A stretch of 64,000 bases of DNA from Macrostomum hystrix (Eukaryota > Animalia > Platyhelminthes), in the NCBI GenBank assembly GCA_950097015.1, contig CATNEN010000024.1, forward strand, positions 2,108,001-2,172,000. Direction: 5' to 3'. The notes under the pieces were generated by a model. The model was given only the letters and a program-made list of their open reading frames with translations. It made no database searches and had not been told where the DNA came from. Below, in pieces: positions 36,589 to 49,559 of this stretch; within the stretch, counting starts at the first letter, position 1, and every line of letters begins with the position of its first letter. Made by a program: the position numbers and the translations under genes.

Positions 36589-37972
36589 TTTTTTATTGTC
36601 TCAAAGATCGCTGCAAAACAAAATGAAATTCAATTTTGCCTCTTATCTTTGTAAAGATGATTCGTAAATTTAGTAGAAGACAAAATTATTTTTTTTCTTA
36701 AAATTATATTTAGCATTTTACAGTAGAAAGAAATTGCTTTGAGTCATTGAATAAAAGATGGTAAGTAAAACTTTTTAAATTTAATATGATCAAAAATCGA
36801 AGTTACTTTAGAAAAAAGACTTTCTTACGAACAAAACTATATGAAAATTTATCAAGAACCAGTGGCATCACTCGAAATTGCCTACTAGGATTTAAAAGTG
36901 TATAGGAAAATATACTAATCTGAAAACTGATAAAAACGAAATTGATCGCTAAAATTATAAAAAGTAAGAAACAAAATACTCCCTATGTAATTTACAAGTT
37001 TACAAAATTAAAAGGTAAGTAAAAAAATAAGTTTACAAAAAATCAATTAAAAAAAGCGGTATCTAGAATGTGCCAGTCATTCAGAATAAATAAAAACGAA
37101 ATCACTATCGTAGCTACCTTTAACTGGTTATCCGGACGAACTACACTACGTACGAGTTACGAACGGCGGTCGTGGTTAGAAAATGGAAACGTTTCAGTTT
37201 AAATTAAAAAGATTACATTGGGCACGAACTTTGACTGTTTGCTTATCACATTAATATAAAAAAATAAAAACCGTGAAAAAATATACTTCTGCACATAGAA
37301 AATTATACTCTGTATAAGTGATGACCTTTGCAAAATTAACCTTACGCATTTTGTTTAATAAACTAGGTTTACGTAATAAAGCGCGGAAAACTGGATTGTA
37401 AACCAACACTAATTTCCATACTTTATTAACCAATGTATTGACCAATAAGCAGACAAACTATTTGATTATACTTATAAACCAGTCCGCGTGTATGCTATTT
37501 ATCACGACGGAATTTTTATGCTACCATGATAGTTCTGCTACATCAGCAAAATGACAAAGTTTATTAATGAGATTATTTATTTATAATAGTTAACAATTGC
37601 CTAGAGTAAAGTTATTAGTAAACTGTAGAATTAAAACCATTAGATTTAAATTAGCCCTTTTAAATGTATTCTTCTCGCATGCATTAGCTTTCATTTTCGC
37701 TTAATTTTTTGCTCTCGTGGCAGCTGAATACTGGGAAAGTTTAACAATACGACGAAGCGCTTGTTTAACGTAAAAACGATCAGTTTTTCAAACTTTTCAA
37801 ATCAAAACTAAGCTTTCGTTGATTTAGTTAATAAATTGCATTCTACCCCAGATATGAGCATTATAGCCAAATGTTGTACTCTTTTTAGCGATTGTCTGTC
37901 TATATCTCAGACAATAAAAGGTTGTAGCCGAGTGACGAGTTAGGCTCACAGACCACATATTACACTGGTGGA

Positions 37973-38313
37973 GAGGTTGTAGCCTAGTGGTTAGGGCGTC
38001 GGACTCACGACTTGAAGGTCGGGGGTTCGATTCCCGACTCCACTGGAACAACTTGTGCCCTTTAGCAAGACACTTAACTCTGCATTGCTTCAGTTCACCC
38101 AACTGTTTAATGGGTCTGTTTTATTATTATTTATTATTATTATTTATTATTACTGTTTTATTACAGCATTAGCTGGAATAATTGAAGGTGGGTGTGGCGT
38201 CCCCCCAGTCCATGGACTGAACAGCCGTACGCAGCCTTCAGATGCGCCGCGCAATAGCTGCGGCTGTGCTGTCGGCTGCACATCTGACCCAATTGGGGTA
38301 GGTGTAATCAATT
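37973..38313 (+). mobile_element. SINE family B, fullest copy: tRNA head + CORE-like domain + (TTA)n + structured 3' module
   Basis: A box TAGCCTAGTGG and B box GGTTCGATTCC. Then TGTGCCCTTTAGCAAGACACTTAACTCTGCATTGCTTCAGTTCACCCAACTGTTTAATGGG, which resembles the MIR CORE as I recall it. Confidence 0.85.
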
Positions 38314-39755
38314 AATTATTTTTATATCTCAAAATATCACAAGCATACACTTCTAGCATTATACATCACAAATTAAATATGTACTTTATTTAGGAGCATT
38401 GGAGTCCAGCAAAATTGATCATGTTAAGTCTATCATCAAGTGGCAGCTAAGTGAAAGGCTGGATTTGCTCTGTAGAAAGGAAAGTCTTTATCGCAGCAAA
38501 AATATTGTGATTGCACTGTTTCTGCACTTCCTAATTATAAGCAATGATATATGTGTGTTTCGATCTCTAATAATAGGAACTTAATTTTTTGAACTTCTTA
38601 ATGCCTCCGAGACGACCTCGAAGCCCTCATGAAGGTGCTTCAGACCGCGGAGTCCAATTGGCGGCGGCTCGCCGAGACATTCGCCGCAATTATGAACCGT
38701 ATAGTCTATTTGACAATGGATTCCGATGCCAGTCTGCAGTCACTGCAGCAGTGATTCCCGTACCTCCAGCTGACCTTGAAATGCATGAATGTATCTTGTA
38801 ATTGTTATAGTAAAGAAATAAAATAATCCCCAAGAACGTATAAGTTTAAGAAAAAAGTGGATCTTTTCTAGCTCATTACAAGCATTGTCCATAATAATAA
38901 TTATAATAACCCGGCCATCTTGATAAGTTAAAGACGCATAGGTTGTATTATTTTTAATAGGACTTCTAAGCATAGCCGCAACACTATCCAGCGGATGCTG
39001 GTACCCATTTTAAAGCTGGGTGAACTGAAGCACTTGTTCATGGACACATATGACTCCCCTTTGAGCTTTCGAACTCCCGACCTCTCGGTGAAAAGTCTCC
39101 AACCACCTTGCCACAAGCTCTCATAGACTATCCAAAAACTTTCAAAGTAGAGAGCAGCGTGAAAGCAAATAAACTGAAAATCGACCGGACAGCGGAACAG
39201 GTGCTCAAGCTAGCATTTTTCCAAACTCAATCAGCGTCGCGTGATGTAGGTAGATTAGAAGCATTTCTTCATTACGAAGCAAGCAGTCCCAGCTGGAGAG
39301 TACTTCCTGTTTCAGTTCTTTTTCTCGCAACAGAGATAGAAAAAAGGGATTAGTATATATAGATCACCAGTCCAGACACTTAGTTTTTTTTCAAATCAAT
39401 ATATTTACCTTCAAAGTAACGAGATAAGAAACACGCACTGTCACTGATGTCTGTTAGCAAAGCTACTTTAAGTAGCGCGACTGTGTAATATCTTCGAGGG
39501 GATATATAGCATGCACAACGGCGACTGTGGTAGCTGTAAGAACTTGCACTTTCAATTCTCTTATTGCGAATCAGTCATCAGCTGTTTAATGCAGCTGACG
39601 GCATCTTTGCCTCGCCATCGAACAGCGCCACTTGAGGTCCCTGGATTTGGAGAGCGATCTCCACTGAAGAGGGTGAAAGATTAAATCCACTTTGTCAGGT
39701 CAACAAGAACTCGACTTGGAAAACCTCTTCGACAGCGCACAATTCTGAGTTTAAA

Positions 39756-41060
39756 GCACTGAAAAAGGGAGGGATAATTGATGACACACTGAAGAAGTGA
39801 GGGATAATTGCTGACACACTGAAGAAGTGAGGGATAATTGCTGACACACTGAAGAAGTGAGGGATAATTGCTGACACACTGAAGAAGTGAGGGATAATTG
39901 ATGAAACAATGAAGACGTGAGGGATAATTGATGACACATTGAAGAAGTGAGGGATAATTGCTGACACATTGAAGAAGTGAGGGATAATTGCTGACACATT
40001 GAAGAAGTGAGGGATAATTGATGACACACTGAAGAAGTGAGGGATAATTGCTGACACACTGAAGAAGTGAGGGATAATTGCTGAAACAATGAAGACGTGA
40101 GGGATAATTGATGACACATTGAAGAAGTGAGGGATAATTGCTGACACATTGAAGAAGTGAGGGATAATTGCTGACACATTGAAGAAGTGAGGGATAATTG
40201 ATGACACACTGAAGAAGTGAGGGATAATTGATGAAACAATGAAGACGTGAGGGATAATTGATGACACATTGAAGAAGTGAGGGATAATTGATGAAACAAT
40301 GAAGACGTGAGGGATAATTGATGACACACTGAAGAAGTGAGGGATAATTGATGAAACAATGAAGAAGTGAGGGATAATTGATGACACACTGAAGAAGTGA
40401 GGGATAATTGCTGACACACTGAAGAAGTGAGGGATAATTGATGAAACAATGAAGACGTGAGGGATAATTGATGACACATTGAAGAAGTGAGGGATAATTG
40501 ATGAAACAATGAAGACGTGAGGGATAATTGATGACACATTGAAGAAGTGAGGGATAATTGATGACACATTGAAGAAGTGAGGGATAATTGCTGACACACT
40601 GAAGAAGTGAGGGATAATTGATGAAACAATGAAGACGTGAGGGATAATTGATGACACTTTGAAGAAGTGAGGGATAATTGATGACACATTGAAGAAGTCA
40701 GGGATAATTGAGGACGCATTGAAGAAGTGAGGGATAATTGCTGACACACTGAAAAAGTGAGGGATAATTGCTGAAACAATGAAGAAGTGAGGGATAATTG
40801 CTGACACATTGAAGAAGTGAGGGATAATTGCTGACACACTGAAAAAGTGAGGGATAATTGCTGAAACAATGAAGAAGTGAGGGATAATTGCTGACACATT
40901 GAAGAAGTGACGGATAATTGCTGACACACTGAGGAAGTGACGGATAATTGCTGACACATTGAAGAAGTGACGGATAATTGCTGACACATTGAAGAAGTGA
41001 GGGATAATTGCTGACACATTGAAGAAGTGACGGATAATTGCTGACACACTGAGGAAGTGA
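39756..41060. repeat. 30-bp minisatellite (GAAGAAGTGAGGGATAATTGCTGACACACT)n, ~43 units
   Basis: Direct inspection; the 459-aa and 447-aa minus-strand ORFs are translations of this array. Confidence 0.98.
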
Positions 41061-42573
41061 CACACTGAGAACAAAGTTGTGCCGGGCGAGTCATGAGCTA
41101 CTGTAACTGGGTTAAGGCAGCAATTTCATGGAGTGATTGAGCCAACTCACTTGTACTGAATAATTGCTGCCCTTAAGTTGCTTCGCGCGTGCTAGACGTT
41201 TGATTAAGCCGTGCATTTCCATACCTATTATCGATTATTTTCTAGTCCACCCAGTCGATTCTTAACGACAAATAGTACAGTGAGAGAGAGAGAGACATTT
41301 GATCCGTCGACTAAAATTCGTCTAGATACACGCTTTGCTCCTGCATATCCTTCCAGTTGCAGCAGTAAATTGCTCAGTCAGCCTTGCTTTTTTTAATTTC
41401 ATTTAGGCTTGTGGGGTTGTGCAGATATGCGAAAAGACCTGTAATACAAAATATGAGAATCGCCGACGCGGCCGCGCCCGCAATATATTCTCTCGTGTAG
41501 GCGCATTTGATTCCAGAACCTCCATATCAAACGTTTGCTCGCATAATTCTCTGTTTCCGCCTGAATAGATCTCTATTTCAAATCGCATTACAAGACTCTA
41601 AGACCGCGGCCCTCTCGCAATGGTCCTGTTGCCTCGTGTCTGAGATTTTGGTCAGCCACTCACAAACAGCTTTACCTACTGCAACCCGTTCGGTTCTCTC
41701 AGTCTGTCTGGCCGATTGTGCGGCAGTGCAAGTTTTGTGCGACTGAGGGGCTGCTTAGACGGGGGTTGGGCTGTTGAATTGGGGGGGCTTAAAACAGCCG
41801 GGAAAGTTTGTGCAAACGCTTCGCTCGGCTCCAGTCACCCTCCACATGCAGTGTAGCCTCGCTCTCTCATTGGCTTTCTGCTCCATAGTTTGAGGCAGGG
41901 CACCCACCTCATTGCTGTAATGTCTGGAGGCTTTGTACCTCTGCATCGACTGCCATTCACTGAGGTATAAATCAGGTTTGAAGAAGATTTGTAGCACACG
42001 TAAGTATAGAGCCCAACGTCTTCTTGCAACTTAGAAACTACAAATAGCGCTAAAGGCGACAACTTCTGATAACAAACTTTCCTCATCTTAAACGTTGTTT
42101 TGTTCACCGCTATAAATACGAGTGTTCGCTGCTTGATTGCAATGGATGCAGCGAGCACACTGTGACAACTCAAAAAGAGGCACAGGCGAGGCCAAACCCA
42201 AATAGCCTAATTACGCAGCTTGCGCATTCAACCGATTCGCAATAGTCTACTGGCTCAACCGGCAAAAGTATCTTCAAAGCAACCCTGCACAGCTCGCAGT
42301 TGCATGACTCACTGTCTAGAGACTGCTACAAAATTAACCTGAGGCCAGACAGAACAAGACGAAAACAAGCCAGGAAAAATCGTCGAGAAACTGGTGCATA
42401 AAAATACACCCTTACGCGTTTTTACATTACGCTTCAGGATTTGCCCCAGACACAGACAAAAATGAAAATTTTGAAACGCTCGACAAAAATGCACCGAGAC
42501 ACAAGATTAAATACGCAAAGAGTGTGCCTACTGTGACTGTCACGCTCATTGTCACTTCCCCAACCTGGAGGCC

Positions 42574-44592
42574 ATGCTGCATCTCTACTACCAGGACTTT
42601 CTTGGCGTTCATCTGACTGGATGCAAGAACGCCACCAGCGAGAGTCAGGAGCGGCTGGCCGCGCAGGAGCGCCTCGCCGCCCAGCGCGATACGAGCGCAG
42701 TCGATCAGCTCAACGAGGCTTTCTGCCGCTCTGAGCAGTGTCAGCACTGCCGTCTGGTTGGCGAGGTGCGTGACTTCTCTGACTGGCGCGCTAAGTCGTT
42801 GAAGGAGTTGGCGCTGCACAATTCCGTAATCAACTGCTGGTTTCCCATACTTGCGGCGCCAATCGACTGGAAGAGCGTCCGTTACGATACGTGCCTGTGT
42901 CCGTTCGCATTCGGCTACTCGGGCCTGCGGTGGCAGCCGGCGAATGTCGAGGCGACCTGCCTTCTGCTCGCTCAGTCGTTTGCTGTCGGTGTGGACGTTC
43001 ACCTGAGACTGTCGAACTCATCCTCACTGATTCCGTGTCATTCGTTCCTGCTGCACAATTTCATTCGACTGTACAAACAGCGCCCCTGGCCGCAGGACAG
43101 TAAAAGCCAGTTGATCAAAGAAGGCGGAAAGCTAGTCCTGCAGCTCAACTATAAGTTCTACTCGTTAGAGATTATTCAATTTGTGCTTTACGCAGCCTAT
43201 GGATACGTGATCAACCTCAGCCAGCAGGACCTAACAAGCCAGACTTTCGCACTGCTGAAATCGGTTGTGCAGCACTTCACTGGCGAACCCAGCTCAATCT
43301 TTAGGCACTTAGTTGACATTCCTGGCCTGCTCACCAACCTCATTGTGCTGCTGGACCGATTGGTACGTCGGATAACCGTCTCAGACTTGACTCTCTGCCA
43401 GTTTATACCAGACATGGTGAGTCTCTTCCGCGTGAACCGCCTATTTGATGAGCTCAGACAGAAGCTGCTTGGCAGACTCTATGCTGAGGCGAAAGCCTGT
43501 CTAGAGGACAGGGTCACAGACATCTCCAGGCTGCGGAGACTGCACCGACCTGATTACTGCCACGAAGGTGACTGCATTTATCTTGATCTGGCTGTGAATC
43601 TGTTTAAAAAACTGGTGCTGCGAACCCAGCCTGTTGCTGAAGCCGGCCCAACTACTCTAGAAGCAAGTCTGCAGGCCTACCTGTCTGATTTAGTTGATTT
43701 GAATGATAAAAATCGTTCAGAAGCCATGCTAAAGGCATCCCAAGATTTGCGATGCGTCTCCGGCATTCTCTGTCTGCTTGGCTCGCCCTGTTCGGAGAGC
43801 GTCGGCAGCTTCCAGAGTCTGCTGATTCACGTGTATGACACACTGATGCTGCTAGTCTGCGATCAAATCGTGCTAAACTTCAGCGAAGTTCTGTGGATTC
43901 ACAACACCAGATTTTCCAAACGCGTCGCTTTTCAATCTCAGCTAAGTCTCATAAAGCAGCCCAGCATGCCCGCAAATACATTTTGGAATCCGGTGGCCAC
44001 AGCGAGCAAGGAGAGAGGTCGCGAACTTGTGCTCGTGCACTTCCGATTCGCCGTATCCTCAGCACAGGCCATCATTCGTCTGTCAGAGAGATTGAAGACG
44101 GGCTCGCACAACTCAGCTGATGTAGACCTTGACCTGCTGCAAGGCTTCTACAAGGAACTGAGCAGTTCCGAGCTGGCTGACATAGTGAGGTATCCGAATC
44201 TGAATCGCAGAGTTGAACAGCTACAGGAGGCGGTTGCCAAGGTTAGCGCGCGTGACATGCGAAGCATCGCCTACGCGTCGTACTCAACCGTTCGCATGCC
44301 TCGTATGCGCCTAGTGGCGCAGACAATGGCCCTGTTGTGCGAAACTGCCTCGCAGCAGGATACTGAAAAGCTGCTCGCCTCTGAAGTCAGCCAGGCCTCT
44401 GAAGGTCGCCAGCTCCTTTGCTCCGAGGAAGCGCTGAAGCGCCTAGTACGGGAGCTGAAACCGGTGCAGCTCTACGCAAGGCTGCAGAACAACGCCGAAC
44501 TCTGGAATCGTCTCGAATCCAACGACGCATCGTCAAACTGTAGTTTCAACGACTGCACCCAAGAGCAAAATCATCATCATCATCATCATAAT

Positions 44593-44641
<49 letters not shown>

Positions 44642-45123
44642 CCAACGTTCACCACAAGCAGGCCTGCCCGGACCACGGCTCTTACCATCAGGCGTGCCTC
44701 CTGTGGGCCTGGTTCCGCTCTGTGGTGTCTGCTGTCGCTGTCCTACGTCAAACGAGCCGCATTTTCGCCTCGCCGGACGCATTTCGCAGCTGCATCGAGC
44801 ACTTCATTGTTGCCAATGCGGACTTCTTCGCTGCGCATGCCGCCGACTTGCTAGATAGCGGTGAAATGGAGCCAGCACATCACGACCTGCTGGCCGACCT
44901 GCTTGTTAAAATTCGACAACGTCGACGGAGAGTTCCTGCTCTCTCACGTCTGCCGCCACGGCCAGAACCGGAAACTTACAGTTTTGAAGATTCAAATCAC
45001 GAAAATACCACATCAATAGCAGCGCCTATCACAGCGACGGGTTTGTCATTCGAATTGAAGCTGGTGCCGAGTTTGTGCTTTCACTTTCTACCACAGGATG
45101 TTCGATTGGCATGCACACAGTAG
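42574..45123 (+). CDS. Uncharacterised 849-aa ORF (uninterrupted, may have upstream exons), with a poly-His/poly-Gln tract
   Basis: 2.55-kb stop-free, non-repetitive, GC-richer frame flanked by AT-rich DNA. Leu-rich helical composition; HHHHHHNQ16 tract. No family recognised. Confidence 0.75.
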
Positions 45124-46225
45124 GCTGATTTGCTAATTTAATTCCGTACTTCGTCTTCGCAATAAATTATTTAAAATTTATTCGCTTTGGTTCATGTGGT
45201 CATCTAAATGCACTAACTCTTAGCAAAAGCTCTAGCATGCACTTCTTTGATTACCGTATTGTGAAGAATGTTGCGTAGCTTGTTTCTGTCGGATTTTCAG
45301 TCGAATCAGAAATCGAATTTTACATTTTCAGTTTATTTTCATAGTAACTCTTTGATAATTGATGCTTCAATAATACTTCAGGAAATGTCATATTTACTTA
45401 GCGACTCCATAGCAGTTGTGTGATGAAACTGACCTGCTTTGCAAGATAGCTCGTAGACTTAATTTTGTTCATTATATGATGCATTGTACAATTCTTGTTT
45501 AGATTCATAATCGGTCTATCGCTCTGTTTCCATTCGAATATATTTTCATTGAAAACATTTCTCTATCAAGAAGCATTCAACACACCTGGTTATTTTTGTA
45601 CTAATCTACGCTCGCGAAGGAAGCAAGTGAGAATTCAGATCGATCGAATCGTATTGCGGAGAAAGAAAAAATGCAGCTTAATTGGCTATTTAAGTACTTA
45701 ATTTTTTGTTATACTGCATTATTTTATTTTGCAGAATAAACCGGAGAGTTGAGTCAGTTCCAGTTGATAAAAAAGCGCAAAATACAAAAAATCTGAAATG
45801 TTTTTTTTTTGCAACTCAATGGCCACCGAGCTTCAAGCACGACAGAATATTTGCTCATAATGAGCCTCTTATAGCATAACCTATAATAGCTGCTCTTGTT
45901 TAAGGTTTCATGAATTTTGAACTCGCACAGCCGAAGCTATAATATATTTGTGATGACTAATTAGCTCTTTGCTTTTGGTTGAGCAAACATAATACATAAG
46001 TCAGCTCTCGTTATGTTTATTATTAACACTGTGCTACAAGCCCATTGTATGCTGGGAGAGCAAAGGTCGCGTGGAGCCGGAGGTGTACATCTCCGCAGAC
46101 AGACAATGTACATTATCTTCTCTTCTTAACCATCAATGCATCACTAACACTATACGGCGAGTGGCCAGCCAACCCGCTCTGTTATGAGCGTAAATGCACA
46201 AGGAAATTAAATATAACATATAACA

Positions 46226-46556
46226 AAAACACCGTTTAATTCATCATAGTCTATGGTGAAAACTCCGAGGCTGCATTTAATGGTCCCGAACAACAGGGTG
46301 TGAATTAAACGGCGTTTATTATTTACTTAATGACCAGGCCAAAGGGCCTAAATAATTTCATTGTCATCGTCTATGGCAAAACCGGCCCCAATCTGGATAT
46401 TAAGTAAACAATAAACGCCGTTTAATTCACATTCTGTGGTTAGAATGTCCGATGCTGCGTTTAATGGTTTCGAGGCGAGCGTAGCGAGCCGAGGACCATT
46501 GATTGCAGCCGAGGATATTCTAACCATAGACTATGATGAATTAAACGGCGTTTATC
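46226..46556. mobile_element. Two adjacent imperfect palindromic (foldback/MITE-like) units
   Basis: TAAACGCCGTTTAATTCA and its reverse complement occur four times in alternating orientation. 46231-46289 is the reverse complement of ~46494-46550. Central symmetric motif CGAGGCGAGCGTAGCGAGCCGAGG. Confidence 0.7.
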
Positions 46557-47164
46557 ATATATGAAATTCGATTGCTTATTTTTCGGGGCATCCCATTTGA
46601 TTGACAGACATATAGGTTTAGACCATTTGATTTCGACCATAGACAAAAAGAATAAATTTCTCACGAAGATACAGTCACGAAGCAGCCAGTCAGTCTCAGT
46701 GGTGGCAAAACGTAAAAGCCGAATTCAAAGTTCACTTCAATGTTCCATATAATGCTCCTTATTTCGAGGAGATTATATGATATAATATCCTTAGTTTCTG
46801 TCATATAATCTTACCAAAAATTACCATAGACAACACATTCCCGGCTCAGAATAGTACATTTTTAACGATTAAATAAGCAATCGTATTTTATATGTTATAA
46901 CACCCCCAGATTTTTGTCTATGTCCTAAGCGCGTCCTCGGACGTTGTTTCTTGGCCTCGGCCTAACATAACTTTCAAGCTGATGTTAACCTATTTGGTTT
47001 CACAATTTTTCGTTTTTTTCATATTTAACTACAGATGCAAGTTCATTTCAAAGTCTCTTAAGTTCTTTTAAATCTAAGTTTTCTTTGATAATTTAGCCTA
47101 ACCACGCCTGTACTACTGTACTAATAGTAGGCAAGAGCGCAAAATCAGAGCCTATCCCCTTTAC

Positions 47165-47360
47165 AGGCTAGATTATCATGACTCTCGCACTGAGGTACCT
47201 GAGCTCGAATCCTCGCTCGAGGCCACATGTATCTGGGGTGCAGCTGCGGAGACAGGCTTCGACACTTGTCATGCAGCGAAATTTGCGAGCCTAACATCCA
47301 TGGCAGATGTACACACCCTGTGTGAGTGTGTGCATGTGTAAAATGTGCGTGTGTGTTCAA
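47165..47360 (+). mobile_element. SINE family A, degenerate copy
   Basis: GAGCTCGAATCC...GAGGCCACATGTATCTGGGGTGCAGCTGCGG...GGCAGATGTACACACCCTGTGTGAG matches the family A reverse complement. Confidence 0.65.
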
Positions 47361-48049
47361 ATGTCAGCAGAGTTATAACTTGCAAGTGCGCTGGCAGCTT
47401 ATTTTGGCCTAACATGTAAGGTTAGCTTCAAGCTATTTCAGGATCCTATATGTGTGTGTAAAACAAGTAAATGCGATGCGGAGTCCCCAGCTTCACGTGC
47501 AAAAGCAAAGCTCTGCATTATGGCTAATTAGCTAGATTTTGTCACGTGGCAAATGTGCTAACGTGAGTCGCAGTGCAGGTTTGAGCCCATTAGTCAAAGC
47601 AAGAAGCAAAGTGCAAATAATCAAAAATGAGCTAAACAGAGCGCGTCTGCTTCAGAATTTACGCGGGCATCTGTTTCTGTTCTTGCATCGATTTGCGTAT
47701 GCACAGTGCCAGTCACGCGCCGGTCTTGTGTTTTTTGTGAAATATTTTAATGAACTTTTCTTTGCGCGTGAAGAATCCTTAGAAGGTTGGGCTGGGGTCG
47801 TCAAGTGCGTTTCTGATGTGTGGAAATTACCATAAGTAATTCTGGATGGAAGTAATGGTATGTCTGGATCAAAATAGCTGCTTGGATTTCAATAGATTTG
47901 ACAATTCTTTGACATAGTTATGATTTTCAAAAAGTCCTAAAGACCCAGATAGTCTTTCGAAGGAGCTTCGAAACGCGACCATTGGACCTACCTGATTGTC
48001 GTACCATTGACTTACGAAGGAAATCGACTCGGTCGCAAGGGGTGTGCTC

Positions 48050-48660
48050 TGATGCCGCCATGGCGTTGTACAGTGCTACGAGAGCAGCTTTGACGACGCT
48101 GGATGGCCCATCAGACTCCATTCAGAAATCCTCGGAATGCTCCAGGGGGCACTCTACGAGCCTGGTTGGCGTTGCAGCGAGCGTCGGCCAAGTTGTCAAC
48201 ACGCCGTGCTCAGCGTGCCGGGCGACATCGAAGCTGCAATTTTCTGCCGAGGCGCTGACAGGCAGACAATGGAGCTTCGGCGCTGTCTGCAGTTCCTTTG
48301 CCTCGGCGGTTCGGCACCAGACCTCCGCGAAGATCTGCGGCGTCGCAGTGGGCTCGCTTGGTCTGCCGCTGTTCCACGCGGTAGTCGAGACTGTCCTGCT
48401 GTACAACTCCGAGACCTGGAGGCCGACGGACTCATCCGAACAACTGGTCAACGCGGCGCACGTTGGCCGACTGCACAAGTATGCATCGCTGCGCCGGCCT
48501 GACCCGTCCAAGTGAACTGCTGCGTCGTCGGCGTCTCCAGCTGGCAGGCCACATCATCCGAGGTCCTACTGTCCGCTCCCGCTGCGGGAGGATCTCTCTC
48601 TTATTCGGCCGTCTATTGAGTTGGCGTCTTAGCCGAAGAGAGACAGGCGGGCCCGTCGCC
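48050..48660 (+). mobile_element. Decayed RTE-clade non-LTR retrotransposon (RT and C-terminal fragments)
   Basis: Across frameshifts: MALYSATRAALTTLDG + GMLQG (xTPDG...GVLQG region), QFLCLGG..DLRRRSGLAWSA (thumb), VETVLLYNSETW, LRRRRLQLAGHIIR. Confidence 0.8.
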
Positions 48661-49559
48661 TCATGGGCACTCGAAGAGCAGATTTTAAAGGGTGTCTATG
48701 GCCCCCAGTCGGCGCAGCTGCAATCGGCCTGGAGGCTGCAAGGCGGAGGCCGAAGCGGTGGCACTTTGCGGCTCACACCATCTCTCTCTGTTGACTGCCA
48801 CGGTCTCCTCCCTGCTACGGAGCCCCTGGTTCCTGGTTAGCGGACAAACCCAAACCGATCCCAAAACCCGTCTATCGATAGGCATCATAGATGAGACTCT
48901 CTCCATAGCGAGTTCGTTCCGTGTAGCGGAATAGCTCAATAGCTCAGCGGGCTCGCTAAAGTGCAAGTCATTGGTAAGTCACCTCTCAGGAAGTTACTCA
49001 ATCTGTAGTTCAGAATCTTCTGTGTTTCTCAACTCGCTTCGAGGTCGCGAAAAACACGATCGGTGTCCTTACGTGAACTTGCAAATAAGGACGCTTTTTT
49101 CTCTCACTTGAGCTCACATTCTCACATGCTCGGCAGACTATTCTCTTTACTTTCACTTCAATTGGAGAAGTTCACGCAAGGTCACAGCTGGGTGGCTTTT
49201 ATCCTACATTACATTCTCTCACTGAGAGAGAAACTAGATACATTAGTACTTTCCCATGAGTAGCATCTACTCGATTACAATTTAAGCACAACATTTGGAA
49301 GCCGCCAAATTAATTACTTTTTCTCAGTAGATGCGGTGGTAAATATAAATGACACCTAGCTCAAGTTGAGCAAGATGCGCTTCCAGCACAGCTGTTTTAT
49401 TATCAACCAGTCTGTCCGTGGACTAGGGAGGCTGGCTCAGACACCCGAATTTCTACCGCAGCTGATGCCGGTAACTATCTTACAGCTGGGTAGACTCACG
49501 AAGGAAATCAGTGTCTCGCTTAATGACACAAACTGCTTGTTCTTTTTTATTCTTCCGGG

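Noticed and set aside
37975-38045. Possible functional tRNA gene (anticodon loop CTCACGA)
   Set aside because: Anticodon and acceptor stems pair poorly, there is no poly-T terminator, and the same head occurs in three SINE copies.
38589-39116. Short coding-looking segments (LEALMKVLQTAESNWRRLAETF; IIMDNAC) suggestive of a transposase remnant
   Set aside because: Fragments lie on opposite strands, with no convincing catalytic motif or termini.
39695-41094. 459-aa and 447-aa minus-strand ORFs (VSAIIPHFFN / CQQLSLTSSM repeats)
   Set aside because: They are translations of a 30-bp minisatellite (unit divisible by 3) with no unique flanking coding sequence, and the same repeat family occurs at 1-61.
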